Origin: a virus
Taxonomy: Duplodnaviria; Caudoviricetes
Length of the DNA stretch: 64,000 nucleotides
Reading direction: 5' to 3' (one strand)
IMG/VR virus record: IMGVR_UViG_3300042554_000772
Span: 760 to 64,759 of that record
The position numbers and the translations under genes are program-made. Position 1 is the first letter of the stretch, and each line of letters starts with the position of its first letter. The notes under the pieces were generated by a model that was not told the DNA's origin, did not search any database, and saw only the letters and a list, made by a program, of their open reading frames with translations. This document shows positions 27,360 through 37,477 of the stretch, piece after piece.

Positions 27360-28082
27360 TTAAAATGTTACGTTTTGGAATAAGTTTAACGCTGGCATCC
27401 CCTCAAATATTTCAATCTGTTTGAACGGTACACTACCAAGCCATCCCTCAGATGAATACTTATCCTCTGTCTTAGGCTCTAACAGCTTTTGTACATGGCT
27501 TGATTTAGCCCACCAGAAGTTACCAGCGAAGAAAGAATACCCATGCGGGTGATGTTCTTTGTACATCTTGAAGTACTCAGGGAACTTAGCCTTGCTGATA
27601 TAATGGCATCCAGCAGCTTCACTGTCGCTATCCACAAGAGGCATGATTGCGTGCTGCCATCGAACCGAAGAGAAGAATAGCATAGAACGACACCACAGCT
27701 GATTGACGATGCCGCCCCTTGAGCTACCTTTTGTGTGTGCGTAGTAAACCAGCCCATCGTCCGTCTTTGCAAACTCCCATAGCTTTTTCAAGGTAACGCC
27801 TTCATAGCCGCTGTCCTCTTGAGCAGCAACGATAATCTTTGGATTCCCGTAACTCTGTAGATGTTCAATAACAGCTTGACGTTGCTCTGGCGCACCAACA
27901 ATGCCTACATATACGTTCTCAAGTACATCCATAAGCCCGTAGGCATTCAGCGTAACGAAGTGTTGATGAACCGTCAGCAACCAATCGCTGCCAGCGTAGA
28001 TGTGGTAGAAGTGATTAAGCCTCGGTAGAGTTACCTGTTGGCTCTGTGGCTGTTCCTGGGTCGGTAATTGAGATTGTTCCAT
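27360..28082 (-). CDS. glycan-cluster protein, putative glycosyltransferase
   Basis: YEGVTL, YAHTKG, FFAGNFWWAKS motifs common in phage glycan clusters. Confidence 0.55.
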   Translation of the reverse strand: MEQSQLPTQEQPQSQQVTLPRLNHFYHIYAGSDWLLTVHQHFVTLNAYGLMDVLENVYVGIVGAPEQRQAVIEHLQSYGNPKIIVAAQEDSGYEGVTLKKLWEFAKTDDGLVYYAHTKGSSRGGIVNQLWCRSMLFFSSVRWQHAIMPLVDSDSEAAGCHYISKAKFPEYFKMYKEHHPHGYSFFAGNFWWAKSSHVQKLLEPKTEDKYSSEGWLGSVPFKQIEIFEGMPALNLFQNVTF

Positions 28083-29196
28083 TGTCTATTAAATTTTGAA
28101 TTCGATTTTCCATGCCGTTTTCCCTGTAAGCTCTTAGGTAAAGGTTTGCCTTCTTAGCGAATATCTCAGGGAACTGAAAGTTCTTTAGTACATACTCTTG
28201 CAGATTCTTCTGCATACCCTCACGCAAATCCTTGTCAAGTATAAGCTGCTTGGTGTAACGATACCACCCAGACTCCTCTGCCTTTGACACGATGAACCCG
28301 TTGTAGCCGTGCTTGATGTGCTCCTTGTAGTAATCCATGTCAGAGCAGATGAGAGCCTTGCCCATCCATCCAGCCTCAACGACCTTCAGCTCAGAACGAG
28401 AACGATTGAACTCTGTCTTGTTCACTGGGGCATAGGCTACATCGACATCGTTATACCCGTACATATACTCGTAGACGGACCTAGCTGGGATGCGGTTGTA
28501 GTGCTTGTTGTTCCCTCTGTTGCTGAATACACGCTCGTAGAAGTTATAGGAGGGGTTGTCATTGTAACCTCCCAGTGTAACGGTGTACTTACCGTTCAGT
28601 GACTTGTCGTTACAAAGCATCTTCATGCTCTTCTCCATCAGCGCAACGTCTTCAACGTGCTGAGCCCCACCGAACCAACCGAAGCGCACATAGGATGCTG
28701 GTCGTTGCACGGGGACGTATTGATGGAACTTGTTGGGGTAAGGCACGTTCTTGATTACCGTTACCTCTGGGTTGAAGTTGCCAGCTCTGCTAGCCAAGTA
28801 ATCCGTCGAGCAAGTGATGTAGTCGGCTTGCCTGATGTTCTCCTCGATGATGCGAGATAGGTTGTTGTCTTTGTAATGCTTGTAGGACACATGGTCCTTG
28901 TTAAGCACCCAATAGTCGTCAAGGTCAAGGATAACCCTAGCACCAAACTGTTTCAGTGCCTTGGCTGCTTCTTGGACGGACTCCACGGATTTCGTGTCCA
29001 TAACCCTTGTGATAACAAAGAGGTCTGTCTCTACGATGTTCGTGTCCCCAATCTTGTCAAATCCAGCAAAATTCCTGAACTCAAACAAGTCGGAGCTATC
29101 CTCCATCCAAGCGTTTGGCATATTGAGCCGATAGAACGCAGCTCCGCTCTCTTCCTGTGTGTAAATCGTGCTAATGACGATTGGTCTTTTATTCAT
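28015..29196 (-). CDS. glycosyltransferase (GT-B/GT4-like)
   Basis: FYRLNMP, DLDDYW, GWFGGAQH, FNRSRSELKVVEAG, ICSD. Confidence 0.8.
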   Translation of the reverse strand: MNKRPIVISTIYTQEESGAAFYRLNMPNAWMEDSSDLFEFRNFAGFDKIGDTNIVETDLFVITRVMDTKSVESVQEAAKALKQFGARVILDLDDYWVLNKDHVSYKHYKDNNLSRIIEENIRQADYITCSTDYLASRAGNFNPEVTVIKNVPYPNKFHQYVPVQRPASYVRFGWFGGAQHVEDVALMEKSMKMLCNDKSLNGKYTVTLGGYNDNPSYNFYERVFSNRGNNKHYNRIPARSVYEYMYGYNDVDVAYAPVNKTEFNRSRSELKVVEAGWMGKALICSDMDYYKEHIKHGYNGFIVSKAEESGWYRYTKQLILDKDLREGMQKNLQEYVLKNFQFPEIFAKKANLYLRAYRENGMENRIQNLIDNGTISITDPGTATEPTGNSTEA

Positions 29197-29209
29197 ATTA
29201 AATTGATTA

Positions 29210-29217
29210 CAAATATA
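29210..29217 (-). promoter_or_regulatory. -7 element TATATTTG for the glycan cluster
   Basis: TAnnTTTG 14 nt upstream of ATG 29196. Confidence 0.6.
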
Positions 29218-29225
29218 AGGGTATT

Positions 29226-31007
29226 TTACCCGTCACACGATAGACAACTAGGGTCAGTAGCCCTTGCAGCGATATCGCCACGCAATACGGACTCCGTTCT
29301 CATGTAGTATAGAGTCTTGATTCCTTGGTTCCAAGCCTCCATGTGGACTTGGTTAATCCACTTGGGGGATGCCTCCGTAGGGAATGCAAGGTTCAGCGAA
29401 ACAGATTGGTCCACATAACGCTGACGAATGCTGGCTTGCTTGATTATCTCCATCTGGTTAATCTCCTTGAAGGTCTTGTAGACATCCTTAATCGACTCAA
29501 CAAGAGCTGTTGAAGACCTATGTTCATCGATATGCTTGACCTCACCGTTGACAAAGAGATAGCTGTCAAGGAAATCAAGCCCCTGAACGCTACCGCCATC
29601 CTCTAGAATCTTATCCCATACCTCCTTGGTGTTCATGCCAATCTTACGCAAGGTCTTCTCAAGCTCTGGGTTCTTTCTGATGAATGTACCCTTTGCGGAT
29701 TGCTCCGTGAATACATTCGCTGCCCAAGGCTCGATACCAGCCGACACATTGCCAGAGAGCTTTGAATTGCTAACTGTTGGGGCAACAGCTCGTAGATGGG
29801 TGTTCCGCATACCGAAACCTCTGCACCACAACGGCTCCCCGTAGATGCGAGCCATATCCCTTGAGGCACGCTCGCTCTCAAGCTTGATGTGCGAGAAGAT
29901 GGAGCGTGTGTGCATCTGCGCTGGGAGTCCTTCGAAGGACATACCCTTCTGTTGTAGATAGGTATGCCAGCCGAGGACACCGAGCCCAAGAGCTCGCCCC
30001 TTCTCAGCTGAACGCACAGAGTTCTCAAAGCCCCTCATGTTCTTGGCTTTCTGAATGAACTCCTCAAGCACCCCGTCAAGGAACATTGTAGCGGTGTATA
30101 CGAGGTCTGTATCCTTCCACTCGTCGTACTTAGCTAGGTTGAGCGACGATAGGCAGCACACAAAAGAGTGAGACTCATCGGTGTATAAAGCAATCTCTGA
30201 GCAGATGTTAGTCATGAAGACCTTGAGACCGTTCTTTTTGTACATCTCTGGGTTTGCCTTGTTGACATTCCCACGGAACATGACATAGGGCTCTCCTGTA
30301 GCCTTACGCTTCTGCAATACCTTAGCCCAGCGTCTGCGTGACTCTTGGTCTCCCTCTTCTAACTTACGCATGAACTTATCAGATATGACCACGCATTGGT
30401 GCATATTCAAGCACTGACGGTTCACATCGCCCTTTGGCTCACGAATCTCAATCCACTCCCAGAAGTCATCATGCTCGATGTTGAGGTTGACGCTAGCAGC
30501 CCCTCGTCTTACATTACCCTGCGATGTTGCAAGGATAGTAGAATCATAGATTTTACAGAAGGGGACCACTCCATCGGTGGTGCCGTTTGAGTTAGCGATA
30601 GGGGAGCCAGCAGGTCGTAGCATATTCATACCGATACCAACCCCTCCACCGTGCTTTGCTAGCAGCATCATTTCTAGGTTCTTCATTCCGATGTCTTGGA
30701 TGCTATCTCCAACATCTACACCGAAGCAAGAGATGGGTAGCCCTCTATCGGTCCCTGTGTTAGCGAGAACTGGTGTCGCTAAGCACAACCAATTATTCCA
30801 GACGTACGAGAACAGCTTGTCCTCGAATGCCTTCGTTTGATTCAATCTGTTTGTTACTGCTCTGCATACTCTCTTGTATGCGTCTTTGGGTGTTTCATTG
30901 TTAATCAAGTATCCATTCGTAATGGTCTTGACGTACTCCTCTGTGTTTGCCCAAGCGGGGAAGTCTACACCGACCTCCCAATTAAATTCTTTTCCGTAGT
31001 TTCTCAT
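29226..31007 (-). CDS. nrdA: ribonucleotide reductase class I alpha subunit
   Basis: ATPVLAN, LPISCF, GGGVG, TNICSEI, VCCLSS, APTVSNS, KTLYY, C-terminal CLSCDG. Confidence 0.95.
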   Translation of the reverse strand: MRNYGKEFNWEVGVDFPAWANTEEYVKTITNGYLINNETPKDAYKRVCRAVTNRLNQTKAFEDKLFSYVWNNWLCLATPVLANTGTDRGLPISCFGVDVGDSIQDIGMKNLEMMLLAKHGGGVGIGMNMLRPAGSPIANSNGTTDGVVPFCKIYDSTILATSQGNVRRGAASVNLNIEHDDFWEWIEIREPKGDVNRQCLNMHQCVVISDKFMRKLEEGDQESRRRWAKVLQKRKATGEPYVMFRGNVNKANPEMYKKNGLKVFMTNICSEIALYTDESHSFVCCLSSLNLAKYDEWKDTDLVYTATMFLDGVLEEFIQKAKNMRGFENSVRSAEKGRALGLGVLGWHTYLQQKGMSFEGLPAQMHTRSIFSHIKLESERASRDMARIYGEPLWCRGFGMRNTHLRAVAPTVSNSKLSGNVSAGIEPWAANVFTEQSAKGTFIRKNPELEKTLRKIGMNTKEVWDKILEDGGSVQGLDFLDSYLFVNGEVKHIDEHRSSTALVESIKDVYKTFKEINQMEIIKQASIRQRYVDQSVSLNLAFPTEASPKWINQVHMEAWNQGIKTLYYMRTESVLRGDIAARATDPSCLSCDG

Positions 31008-32047
31008 TATTTAGTTGTCCAAGTTAAACTGCTTGATTCTCCGACCGTCAACACTTGACCAGCCGTTCCTATACTTAAGTTCTGCCAATCAGAGCCATCC
31101 CAATACTTGATATCACCAACACTTTGACCGCTGGAATACCCAGCACCCGCTGGCCCTGTAGCACCTGTAGCACCCGTCGGACCCTGTTGGCCTTCTGCCC
31201 CTTGTGGCCCTTGGGCACCTGTTAGACCTGTTTCTCCTTTATCGCCTTTAGGGCCTATTGCTCCTGCTGCACCTGGTGGACCTGTGTCGCCTTGTAGACC
31301 TCTGTCGCCTGGTGCCCCTTGTGGACCTTGTGGACCTGTGTCGCCTTGTAGACCTCTGTCGCCTGGTGCCCCTTGTGGACCTTGTTGGCCTTGTGGACCT
31401 GTGTCGCCTTGTAGACCTCTGTCGCCAGGCACGCCTTGTATACCCTGCGGCCCTTGCGCTCCTGTGTCGCCTTGTAAACCTCTGTCGCCAGGCACGCCTT
31501 GTATACCCTGCGGCCCTTGCGCTCCTGTGTCGCCTTGTAAACCTCTGTCGCCTGGTACCCCCTGTATACCCTGCGGCCCTTGCGCTCCTGTGTCGCCTTG
31601 TAAACCTCTGTCGCCTGGTACACCTTGTATACCTTGACTACCCTGAGCTCCAGTAGGACCAACATTGCCAACCGATGCCAATAATTGCCAAGCAGTTGAC
31701 TGTATGTTCGGTGTATCAGTCGTTTGTGCTACAACGCATATCCAGCTGCTTCCTCCATAACTGACAATATCGTTTAGAGAATAAACAGTCCCTTGTGGTG
31801 TATATGGGCCTTGCCATGTTACACCTGGTCCTTGCGGGCCAATAGGCCCTTGAGGCCCTTGAGCTCCTGTTTGCCCCTGTGGACCCTGCTCACCAGCTGG
31901 CCCCTTACCACCCCTCCATTTGTTCTCAAGGAAGTCCGTAATCAGAGGAAAGCTAACTCCTGTAACTCTATTAATCTGGATGACGCTTGCGTCTGGGTTC
32001 TCTGTGAGGTAATCAAAGAGAATTTTGTCTGTGTAGTTGTAGTTCAT
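31007..32047 (-). CDS. collagen-like protein with carbohydrate-binding-like module
   Basis: Long Gly-X-Y tracts; W.G.Y...[14 protein letters not shown]...W module. Confidence 0.8.
   Translation of the reverse strand: MNYNYTDKILFDYLTENPDASVIQINRVTGVSFPLITDFLENKWRGGKGPAGEQGPQGQTGAQGPQGPIGPQGPGVTWQGPYTPQGTVYSLNDIVSYGGSSWICVVAQTTDTPNIQSTAWQLLASVGNVGPTGAQGSQGIQGVPGDRGLQGDTGAQGPQGIQGVPGDRGLQGDTGAQGPQGIQGVPGDRGLQGDTGAQGPQGIQGVPGDRGLQGDTGPQGQQGPQGAPGDRGLQGDTGPQGPQGAPGDRGLQGDTGPPGAAGAIGPKGDKGETGLTGAQGPQGAEGQQGPTGATGATGPAGAGYSSGQSVGDIKYWDGSDWQNLSIGTAGQVLTVGESSSLTWTTK
31280..31640 (-). repeat. 63-bp tandem repeats encoding [21 protein letters not shown]
   Basis: CTGTGTCGCCTTGTA(A/G)ACCTCTGTCGCC recurs six times, mostly at 63-bp spacing. 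Confidence 0.9.
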
Positions 32048-32256
32048 TTTTCCTTCGATTTTGTTTTCATAATTTCCATAACCGAATCATCGGTCTCGTC
32101 AGTCTCGCAGATATAGGTTACGAAGAACTTCTTCCCGTTAATCTGGGTCTCCCAATAAAAAACGGTCAGCTTCTCAACCTCATCCTCCGTCATTGAGTCG
32201 CAGATGTCAGCGACTTTGCTCTTGTACTCTTTTGGTGTAAGTCTTTTCAGTTTCAT
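32044..32256 (-). CDS. hypothetical protein
   Basis: Fills the gap in the operon and overlaps the next start. Confidence 0.55.
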   Translation of the reverse strand: MKLKRLTPKEYKSKVADICDSMTEDEVEKLTVFYWETQINGKKFFVTYICETDETDDSVMEIMKTKSKEK

Positions 32257-32267
32257 AGTTTAAAGGT

Positions 32268-33260
32268 TTAGTGCCAAACATCTTCAAAGTCTTCCCCCTC
32301 TCCAGCTTTGGAGTAATCCGTTGGGCGTAGAGCGAAGAAGTCCGTATGCGTGAGACCACCCGTTAGGTGATAGAACCAATCGAGGTTATCGGATTTCGTG
32401 GTGTCAACGATGAACACAGGCTCGTATCCGAGCTCAATGAGCTTTTCGTTTGCCCGCTTGCGGATGAACTCCACCAAGTCCTCTGCCTTCAGGTTCTCTA
32501 GGTCCCCGTTCTCAAACATCTTGTTGATGAAATCAATCTCCATGTTGACGCTCAAATGAGCAGCCTCCAGAATCTTATCTCTCGCTGCATCCTTCAGCTC
32601 TGGGTACTCTTCGCACATCTGCCTGAATAGCATACAACCCATCTTAGAGTGCAAGGATTCATCCCTCACAGACCATTTCATCTGCTGCCCTATCCCCTTG
32701 AGGAGGTTACGCATCTGAAAGGAATACAGCACAGCAAAGGAGGAGTACAGCGACACACCCTCAGCGAAGGCAGAGAACACCGCCAGCGACTTGGCTACCT
32801 CGACCCTAGCGAGTGGCATCGTTGCCAGCTCCACATAGGTGTAGTCGTTCTTGGTGTTCATCAGGTTGTCGAACTTGTTCTTCGTTACCTCGTTATGGAG
32901 GAAGCCGTCGAAGTTCTCCAAGCCCAAGGTCTCGTTGAGGTAGCTATAAGCCGTTGCGTGGATGGTCTCCTGAGAGCCAAACATCATCGCCATCTGGATG
33001 ATTTCATGCTTCGGGAACCACCTTGTGACCTGATTTGTCCAATAGTCGGACACAGCACACTCTGTTTGTGCGAAGCCTAGCAAGATGTTCCCGACGAGCT
33101 GTTTCTCGTGGTCAGATAAGTTTTCTCTAAAGTCTTTAACGTCCTGTTGCATGGGTATCTCCGTGTGCAACCAGAACGCTTGAGCTTGCTTGAGCCACCC
33201 CTCCGTATAGTAGACGGGGTACTCAAAAGGTTTGTATGGGATTCTTTGTTTAAAGAGCAT
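32268..33260 (-). CDS. nrdB: ribonucleotide reductase class I beta subunit
   Basis: YKPFEYP, QETIHATAYS, EGVSLYSSF, RDESLH, DFFALRPTDYSK. Confidence 0.95.
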   Translation of the reverse strand: MLFKQRIPYKPFEYPVYYTEGWLKQAQAFWLHTEIPMQQDVKDFRENLSDHEKQLVGNILLGFAQTECAVSDYWTNQVTRWFPKHEIIQMAMMFGSQETIHATAYSYLNETLGLENFDGFLHNEVTKNKFDNLMNTKNDYTYVELATMPLARVEVAKSLAVFSAFAEGVSLYSSFAVLYSFQMRNLLKGIGQQMKWSVRDESLHSKMGCMLFRQMCEEYPELKDAARDKILEAAHLSVNMEIDFINKMFENGDLENLKAEDLVEFIRKRANEKLIELGYEPVFIVDTTKSDNLDWFYHLTGGLTHTDFFALRPTDYSKAGEGEDFEDVWH

Positions 33261-33756
33261 CTTTGATTTTTTTAATGAATGAACTAGTCTTTATCTCCTC
33301 CAAATCAGCCACTGGAATCCATGTGAACAGGTCGCTACGGCCTTCCCTTGAGTGGTTCTTGTAGGGGCCCGCAAATTTATAGTAAACCTGCTCATCCTCC
33401 AATAGCTTTGGCTCCACAATGGACACGATTTTGTCCCTATCCACCGTTACCCAGCGGTCCTCAAACTCGTATACAATGAATGTCGCTAACCCATAACCCC
33501 AACCTACCCTACCGCTTACATTCTTCATCTCGAAGATAGCGTAAGCCTCGTTAAAACCAGAGCCCCTTGACAGCCTCCTACGGCCCTTCACGTCGATGCA
33601 ATCCCCGTTGATGGATACATCCCAGTGCTCGTGGATGTTTTGGTACTGAGAGGCTTTCAGGATGGTCTCTGGCAGACCGTAGGTGATGATATAGTCAGCG
33701 ACAAACCTCTCCTCTGCCGATTTCCCTTCGGCTACCGATGAAGCAAACCTGCTCAT
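33250..33756 (-). CDS. PD-(D/E)xK-like nuclease
   Basis: GKSAEERF...HWD...IDVKG...E.KNV.G..GW. Confidence 0.55.
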   Translation of the reverse strand: MSRFASSVAEGKSAEERFVADYIITYGLPETILKASQYQNIHEHWDVSINGDCIDVKGRRRLSRGSGFNEAYAIFEMKNVSGRVGWGYGLATFIVYEFEDRWVTVDRDKIVSIVEPKLLEDEQVYYKFAGPYKNHSREGRSDLFTWIPVADLEEIKTSSFIKKIKDAL

Positions 33757-33757
33757 A

Positions 33758-33970
33758 TTACTGAGAGTTGTGCTCTTCCAGAGCGTCTTTAAGGAAGTCT
33801 AACTCCTTCCTTGAATCCACCAACAGCTCGGTGCAAGCTTTCCTAACGAGTTCTTCGTCGTGTATCGGGTCCCCTTTTTCGTCGTGTAGTTTTTCGTATA
33901 GGTCGATTGCGTGTCTTTGAATGCGACTTACCGACATCAGGTAGTAAGCCGACAGTTGTATCTTGTCCAT
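33758..33970 (-). CDS. hypothetical protein
   Basis: Helical 70 aa in operon. Confidence 0.55.
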   Translation of the reverse strand: MDKIQLSAYYLMSVSRIQRHAIDLYEKLHDEKGDPIHDEELVRKACTELLVDSRKELDFLKDALEEHNSQ

Positions 33971-34403
33971 CGTTTAAGATTATGTTTATGGTTTGGTCTA
34001 CTTGTAATTGGTTTTTAGGTAAAAAGATTTTGTAATCAGTCATCTCGTTGATGACCAGCCAGTGAAGAAATAGCTTCCAGCGTATTGTGAATGTGTGCTG
34101 CGAAGGCACAAATCCCTTGGTTTCAATGATGAACTTGTGGTCATGGGACACAAAGTCTGGCTTGTAGGTGATGGGGAACTCCTTTCCGTTGCTTCGGTTG
34201 ACCATGAGCTGAGCCCCGTTGGTGCACTTAAAGTAGGTACCTGGGAAAACGAAGCCGTCCATGAGCGTGTACGATTCGGACTCATAGTCGAATACCAAAC
34301 CAGCGGCTCTGAGTTTCTTGTAGCAGTAGAGCTCCAGACCACTCTTGAATTGGATTCCATCGTAGAAGTTCTTCTCTGCATTTATCTTAGTTTTTTTGGC
34401 CAT
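33843..34403 (-). CDS. endonuclease I-like resolvase
   Basis: DGIQFKSGLE...YKPDF...IIETKG. Confidence 0.75.
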   Translation of the reverse strand: MAKKTKINAEKNFYDGIQFKSGLELYCYKKLRAAGLVFDYESESYTLMDGFVFPGTYFKCTNGAQLMVNRSNGKEFPITYKPDFVSHDHKFIIETKGFVPSQHTFTIRWKLFLHWLVINEMTDYKIFLPKNQLQVDQTINIILNDGQDTTVGLLPDVGKSHSKTRNRPIRKTTRRKRGPDTRRRTR

Positions 34404-34430
34404 CTGTAAATCTATGAACCTATCTGTCAA

Positions 34431-36248
34431 TTATCTAAATAAAGTTTCACTTAGTTCTCCACAAGCTAAAGGATTGAACATCAGCGAACCATCGTTGAAG
34501 TAGAAGGTGTTTCTGTCGAAGTTGCACTCGAACATGAGAGGGTTGTCCAACGATGTAGGGGAACCACCCGTTTCTGTCTCACGAATCTTACGAACGTGCA
34601 TCTCAACAGTTCGCCTCAACGCTGCATCGGGATGCTGAATCTTTCTGTGGAAGGTCACGAAATCATCCGCCCTATTTACGAACTTACCACCTCCCTCGGT
34701 CTGCTCTGCAAACGGGGCAATGGGCAATCCGTCTGGGCCCTTCATACGCTGGGCTTCCGTTACTGCGTGGGCGTTGAGCCACACCGCAATGCCGTTGGCG
34801 TTCGCCATCGTCAGCATCTCGCTAATCGCTTCGTAGTCGTACTCATGCACACCCAAGGTAGAACCCTGCCTCATATCACGCTTGAGTCCGTTGTAGGGGT
34901 CTATGAGGACCCCATCAAGCCTCTCTTGGCGTAGAACCTTCTCAGTGAAGACGAGGAGGTCATAGAAGGAGTAGGTTTTGTTGTTCTCAATAATCGTGAA
35001 GTGAGCTCGAACCCAGTCGTAGCTGAGCTTCAATTCAGCCTTGGTCATCGACTCAATGGTCTTACCCATGGCGAAGGTCATTAGTTTCATCTTCACGGAG
35101 GCGGTCTTGTTCTCGGAGGTGTATAGCAACCACTTCCAGCCATGCTTCATGGAGCTAGCCACCTGTAGGTACAATGCGAAGGTCGTCTTACCGATGTTGG
35201 AATGGCCGTTAATAACCATAAAGTTCTTCTTGAACCGCCAGTGAGCGTCAACCTTCTCAATTCCAGTGGACAGACCTTGAGGAATCTCCCCTCTTGCGAA
35301 CATGGAAATCCACTTGTAATCGTCGTCGTCAGAGGAGATGAAGGACATATCCCCATCGCTGATTAGGAGCTCCCTACGCATCTTATCCCGCTCGTCAAGG
35401 ACATTCTTAATGGGCATCAATTTGCCTCGCTCTAAGCCGTCCCTGATGGTGTTCATGGCTACCTGCATGGAGTCTACATCTCGCTTGCTTATCTCCCTAG
35501 CCAATACACGAACGACCTCATCCTCCTCCATCAGCGAGGCAGCGATGTACCCGCCACAGAGCACGGAGGCACGAAGTAGCACATCATGTTTCTCCCCCTG
35601 CTCAGCTCTGCGAATCATGCGACACGCAATGTTCAGCTGCTCATAGTCTGTGATACCAGCTGTTTTAACTTCAATCTGTTGCGCCTCGGCTCGTTCGGAG
35701 AGAAGACCCCCGTAGGGTTCAGCGTCCTCCCTATAGACAATCTCTGGGTCGTAGCTAAAGAAGCAAGCCCTTGACACATTGATACCTGTTGGGTCTACCT
35801 CAAGGCCGTAATTGATGTCGTAGTACTTGATGATGGAGCGGTAGTGGTCTCGGTGGCGTTCGGGGTTTGATATCCTTACCACAACCTTGATTCCTCTACC
35901 AGAGGGGGACACGAAGCATACAAGCGTGTGCTTATCCAGTGCTATGTGCCTCTTGGCTTCTACAGCGTTAACATCGTCGATGTCGATAACCATCAAGCCA
36001 GAGTGCTCCTCAAGGGACGCATCGTCCCTCGTTCTGAACACCCCAGAGAAACAGATAATGGGTAGCTGCTTCTTCTCGTCTTTAGTTGCCTCGCCTGAGC
36101 GAATGCGCTCAATAATCGTTAAAGAATACTTTTTTGGGTTCGCCACTTGTTGAACTACTTGTCCAAGCGTGGCGACAATCGGGCTCGCTGTGTCCGTCAG
36201 TGTCTTGAACACCGTTATCCTCTTGTCTAGTGGGTTGGTCTCGTTCAT
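34431..36248 (-). CDS. primase-helicase (VirE-N/BT4734-like N-domain plus DnaB-like helicase)
   Basis: KKQLP..FSG, IDID, FVSPSGRGIK, RACFFSYD; Walker A GHSNIGKT, LIDPYN. Confidence 0.85.
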   Translation of the reverse strand: MNETNPLDKRITVFKTLTDTASPIVATLGQVVQQVANPKKYSLTIIERIRSGEATKDEKKQLPIICFSGVFRTRDDASLEEHSGLMVIDIDDVNAVEAKRHIALDKHTLVCFVSPSGRGIKVVVRISNPERHRDHYRSIIKYYDINYGLEVDPTGINVSRACFFSYDPEIVYREDAEPYGGLLSERAEAQQIEVKTAGITDYEQLNIACRMIRRAEQGEKHDVLLRASVLCGGYIAASLMEEDEVVRVLAREISKRDVDSMQVAMNTIRDGLERGKLMPIKNVLDERDKMRRELLISDGDMSFISSDDDDYKWISMFARGEIPQGLSTGIEKVDAHWRFKKNFMVINGHSNIGKTTFALYLQVASSMKHGWKWLLYTSENKTASVKMKLMTFAMGKTIESMTKAELKLSYDWVRAHFTIIENNKTYSFYDLLVFTEKVLRQERLDGVLIDPYNGLKRDMRQGSTLGVHEYDYEAISEMLTMANANGIAVWLNAHAVTEAQRMKGPDGLPIAPFAEQTEGGGKFVNRADDFVTFHRKIQHPDAALRRTVEMHVRKIRETETGGSPTSLDNPLMFECNFDRNTFYFNDGSLMFNPLACGELSETLFR

Positions 36249-36522
36249 CTTGTAATACGATTTTTAATAAAATTAAATAGCCAATTAAATCAGTTACGGT
36301 GTCTTCGGTGTGGTCGTTGAGTCCTCGGTTCTTGATGCGGTTCAACTTATCGTCAATCCTAGCGCAGATAGAATCCCTCGGTGATTTCTTGCTGAACACA
36401 TTCGCAGGGTTCGTTGCGCTATCCCCGTAAGCAATGTTCTTCTCGATGAGCAAGGTCTCAATAGCACGGACTTGCTCGATAATCTTTTCGTTAGTACTCT
36501 TTTTGGTATCTTCCATTGTCAT
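36109..36522 (-). CDS. nucleotide-modification-associated domain protein (Nmad1/DUF1599-like)
   Basis: KNIAYGDS...RIDDKLNRI...EDTVTDLIGY. Confidence 0.7.
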   Translation of the reverse strand: MTMEDTKKSTNEKIIEQVRAIETLLIEKNIAYGDSATNPANVFSKKSPRDSICARIDDKLNRIKNRGLNDHTEDTVTDLIGYLILLKIVLQDERDQPTRQEDNGVQDTDGHSEPDCRHAWTSSSTSGEPKKVFFNDY

Positions 36523-36853
36523 ATTTTTGGGTTACTTGATAAACAAAAGCTTCAATCTCTGAGCCGTCATCCATGATGAGAGGTATCTTCTCTCGCTCGT
36601 AGAAGTAAGGGTGGCCCTCAAGGGAATCTAAAATCCTGAGCCCCACATCATCAACGGAGTAGAGCTCTATTGTGACATTCTCTCCATCCTCGTGCTCTCC
36701 TTTGATTAAGTAGGGGAGCCCGTCAACGCATAGCCTCATCTTCGCCTTGGTTTCGCAATCGCCTAAGAACTCGGCATCAGCGTACTCCATGTAAGGGTGG
36801 TTGCCTTTATTGCGCTTTAGAGTGCCATACACTCCAACTAGGTGTCTATCCAT
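36491..36853 (-). CDS. gamma-glutamylcyclotransferase (AIG2-like)
   Basis: VYGTLK...NH, GLPYL, LDSLEGHPYFYER. Confidence 0.85.
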   Translation of the reverse strand: MDRHLVGVYGTLKRNKGNHPYMEYADAEFLGDCETKAKMRLCVDGLPYLIKGEHEDGENVTIELYSVDDVGLRILDSLEGHPYFYEREKIPLIMDDGSEIEAFVYQVTQKYDNGRYQKEY

Positions 36854-37049
36854 TGGACACCTCCATTCGTATTCTTCTAATGAGCCTTGATGCGTTGGAT
36901 ACAAAGACTGATGATGGTCTGCTCTGACCATTGTATACTTTAATGAATCCTCCTCTCGACATATCTAAATGCTTGGCCATTGTGGATTGCGAAATGCCAT
37001 ATTCATCCACAAGAGACCTTATGATGTAAACGGCTTTCTCAGGTGTCAT
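36846..37049 (-). CDS. HTH DNA-binding protein
   Basis: GISQSTMAKHLDMSRGGF..G.SRP. Confidence 0.65.
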   Translation of the reverse strand: MTPEKAVYIIRSLVDEYGISQSTMAKHLDMSRGGFIKVYNGQSRPSSVFVSNASRLIRRIRMEVSNG

Positions 37050-37228
37050 GGTCTTTTGTTTAGTAGGTGTAGCTTTTTTTCTGCAATTCTAACGGTTAAA
37101 TCGCTAAATGCAGCCCTATTCTGCAAAACAGATTGCAAATTGCTTGACTCTTGCTCGATTGATTCGGCCCCAAGCTTTGAGGTCCATTGCGTATATCGCT
37201 TCGTATCAAATAGTTCTTGGTTCATAGT

Positions 37229-37477
37229 TTAAAAGTTATCGTTACACCAGATGGGGGTCTTTTCGCCAACATAAGCCGATGTCATATTAAAGTAGAAGTA
37301 ATCAAACGCATCCTCTTCGTTCATGTCTTTTGAAAGAATTTCAATGCACTTAGATATAGAGTAAATGAGGCGCATGGTCTCCCAGTCAATACCTATGATA
37401 GCATCGTCGAAGCCGTCAACCTTGAGTAGTCCTTCCTCCTCGTAAATTTTGAATAATTTCTCGCTGAATTTAGTCAT
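37229..37477 (-). CDS. conserved phage hypothetical protein
   Basis: DGFDDAIIG...AYVGEKTPIW motif. Confidence 0.7.
   Translation of the reverse strand: MTKFSEKLFKIYEEEGLLKVDGFDDAIIGIDWETMRLIYSISKCIEILSKDMNEEDAFDYFYFNMTSAYVGEKTPIWCNDNF

Noticed and set aside
31255-31671. Alternative-frame repetitive ORFs or a CRISPR array
   Set aside because: Shadows of the collagen repeats; no unique spacers
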